From the IMG/VR virus record IMGVR_UViG_3300031669_000026, positions 1 through 59,964 of that record: 59,964 nt of DNA. One strand, given 5' to 3'. Of the stretch, positions 58,561 through 59,964 are shown piece after piece. The notes beneath the pieces are model-generated. The model saw only the letters and a list, made by a program, of their open reading frames with translations, was not told the origin of the DNA and ran no database searches. Source of the DNA: a virus (taxonomy: Duplodnaviria > Caudoviricetes). The position numbers and the translations under genes were made by a program. The stretch's first letter is position 1. Each line of letters opens with the position of its first letter.

Positions 58561-59203
58561 ACTTGTAAAACAAATTCAGGCTTGTCAGAAATGTAAAATT
58601 TCTAAACCCAAGAAGGTTTTGGGAGAAGGAAATTTTCCGTGTGATATTGTTTTAGTATGTGAAGCGCCTAGTGAACAAGAGGAAAAGATGGGAAAGATTT
58701 GTGTCGGGAAATCTGGTGAGTTATTAACCGAAGTTTTGAATGCGGTTTTTCCAAAGAAAGATATTTATATTACGAATATTGTAAAGTGTAATCCTCCAAA
58801 CAATGAGATTACTAATGATTTGGCCTTATCTTGCCAATCATGGTTGTTTCAGGAATTAGAAATTGTTAAACCCAAAATAATAATATCTTTAGGATCGTTT
58901 GCAACTTCTTTTTTTATTAAAGATGTTATGTCTACAATGAGTAATGTGAGGGGAAAATTGGTTCAATGTGGAAATTATAAAGTAATGCCAACATTTCATC
59001 CAGGATACGTTTTACATGGCGGAGGACCTATGGCGAAAGATTATATAATAGCTGATTTTTTAAAAGTACGTTCAGAATTAATGGGAATAAATAACAAAAT
59101 TAAAGCAATAAAAATAAAATCAAAATTACTTAATGAAACATTTTTAGTTGGCGAGGGAGGGATACCTCTTTCAGAATTGTGGTTAAATTTAAAACAACAA
59201 TAA
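58553..59203 (+). CDS. Uracil-DNA glycosylase family 4
   Basis: C..C, V.GEG, EAP...E...G...VG.SG.LL, YITNIVKC.PPNN, PTFHP. Confidence 0.9.
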   Translation: MNELVKQIQACQKCKISKPKKVLGEGNFPCDIVLVCEAPSEQEEKMGKICVGKSGELLTEVLNAVFPKKDIYITNIVKCNPPNNEITNDLALSCQSWLFQELEIVKPKIIISLGSFATSFFIKDVMSTMSNVRGKLVQCGNYKVMPTFHPGYVLHGGGPMAKDYIIADFLKVRSELMGINNKIKAIKIKSKLLNETFLVGEGGIPLSELWLNLKQQ

Positions 59204-59216
59204 AAGGAGAAGATAA

Positions 59217-59964
59217 ATGATAACTGTAGATAAAGAAAAATTTACTAAAATGTTAGAAATTTGTCAAAGTATTTCGGTAGCCGATTCACCTGACGGGAAA
59301 CCTCAAAGTTTGAGACCTTTGCATGCTTATGTAGAATTGAAAGTAGAAAATGATAAACTAAAAATGTCTGTTTTTAGAGAAAATATTGATGGTTATTTTT
59401 ATTATGAACCAGAAGAAATTAAGGAAGAAGAGGAAGGAGCAAAAATAGTAGTTCAAACACAAGAGATATTGAAAATAATACGGTCAAGATATCCAGGAAT
59501 AATAACAATTACTAAAGAAAAGGATAAAGACGAGGAGGATTTGGTTATTAAGCAGGGAAGTTTTAAAGCTAAACTTCGTTTGTATAGTGATGATGTGTTT
59601 TCAAATTTTGTTTTTGATGCAGATTGGAAACCAATGCCAAAAAATGTTATAAGAGATTTAAAAGCATGTTCAGTTGTAAGTGATACACAGACTGTTTTAA
59701 TGGATATAGAAGGATCGGAAATATCTTTGTTTGCTTATACTCCAGTTCAGTTGTATTATAGTTTAATAGAATTAAAAACCAAAGGAAGCAAAGTTGGAAG
59801 AAAGATTCTTGCTATGAATACTGTTAAAATAATAACGTCTTGTTTTGAAAACATGGATGATATGGAATTTTCTTATAAAGAAGAAGATGAAAAATTCTAT
59901 ATAAAATCTCCTATTGGAAGCGCACGTTTTGGGTTATTATATGACGATATGCCCATGCATTATA
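59217..59964 (+). CDS. DNA polymerase III beta-clamp-like protein, 3'-truncated (not in the ORF track)
   Basis: AAGGAG RBS; MITVDKEKFTKMLEICQSI..VELKVENDKLKMS..GAKIVV..LVIKQGSFKAKL resembles DnaN domain 1; open to the window end. Confidence 0.6.
   Translation, partial: MITVDKEKFTKMLEICQSISVADSPDGKPQSLRPLHAYVELKVENDKLKMSVFRENIDGYFYYEPEEIKEEEEGAKIVVQTQEILKIIRSRYPGIITITKEKDKDEEDLVIKQGSFKAKLRLYSDDVFSNFVFDADWKPMPKNVIRDLKACSVVSDTQTVLMDIEGSEISLFAYTPVQLYYSLIELKTKGSKVGRKILAMNTVKIITSCFENMDDMEFSYKEEDEKFYIKSPIGSARFGLLYDDMPMHY

Overview
AT-rich window of a large tailed bacteriophage with a contractile (myovirus-type) tail; essentially all real genes are on the + strand and use the standard genetic code. 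Bases 1-31 kb are the virion module: neck/head-closure genes, a free-standing AP2-NUMOD3-Vsr-like homing endonuclease, a 1283-aa Kelch/repeat/wedge-like protein, sheath, tube, chaperone pair with a -1 frameshift site, tape measure, hub, spike, gp25, baseplate J and three paralogous fibre-like genes, one of which is split. Bases 31.6-60 kb hold early and replication genes behind five near-identical sigma70-type promoters: DUF932-like, SLT, RuvC-like, HolA, 5'-3' exonuclease, PD-(D/E)XK nuclease, minimal ligase, NADAR, SNF2, M29 aminopeptidase, nucleotidyltransferases, DnaC-like loader, AAA ATPase, DnaB-like helicase, primase, sigma-like protein, UDG and beta-clamp. The best candidate for an undescribed system is a small coiled-coil (DIP1984/DUF6847-like) gene followed directly by a ~190-nt nested multi-stem RNA with repeated UGUU motifs (31006-31542). 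Other notable items are the modular shuffling among fibre and wedge genes, a 31-bp-phased TTAASTTAA array that may be the origin, and a shared M-K-I-x-M-K-E N-terminal signal on small genes in the structural operon. All family calls come from motif recognition by eye; no database searches were run.
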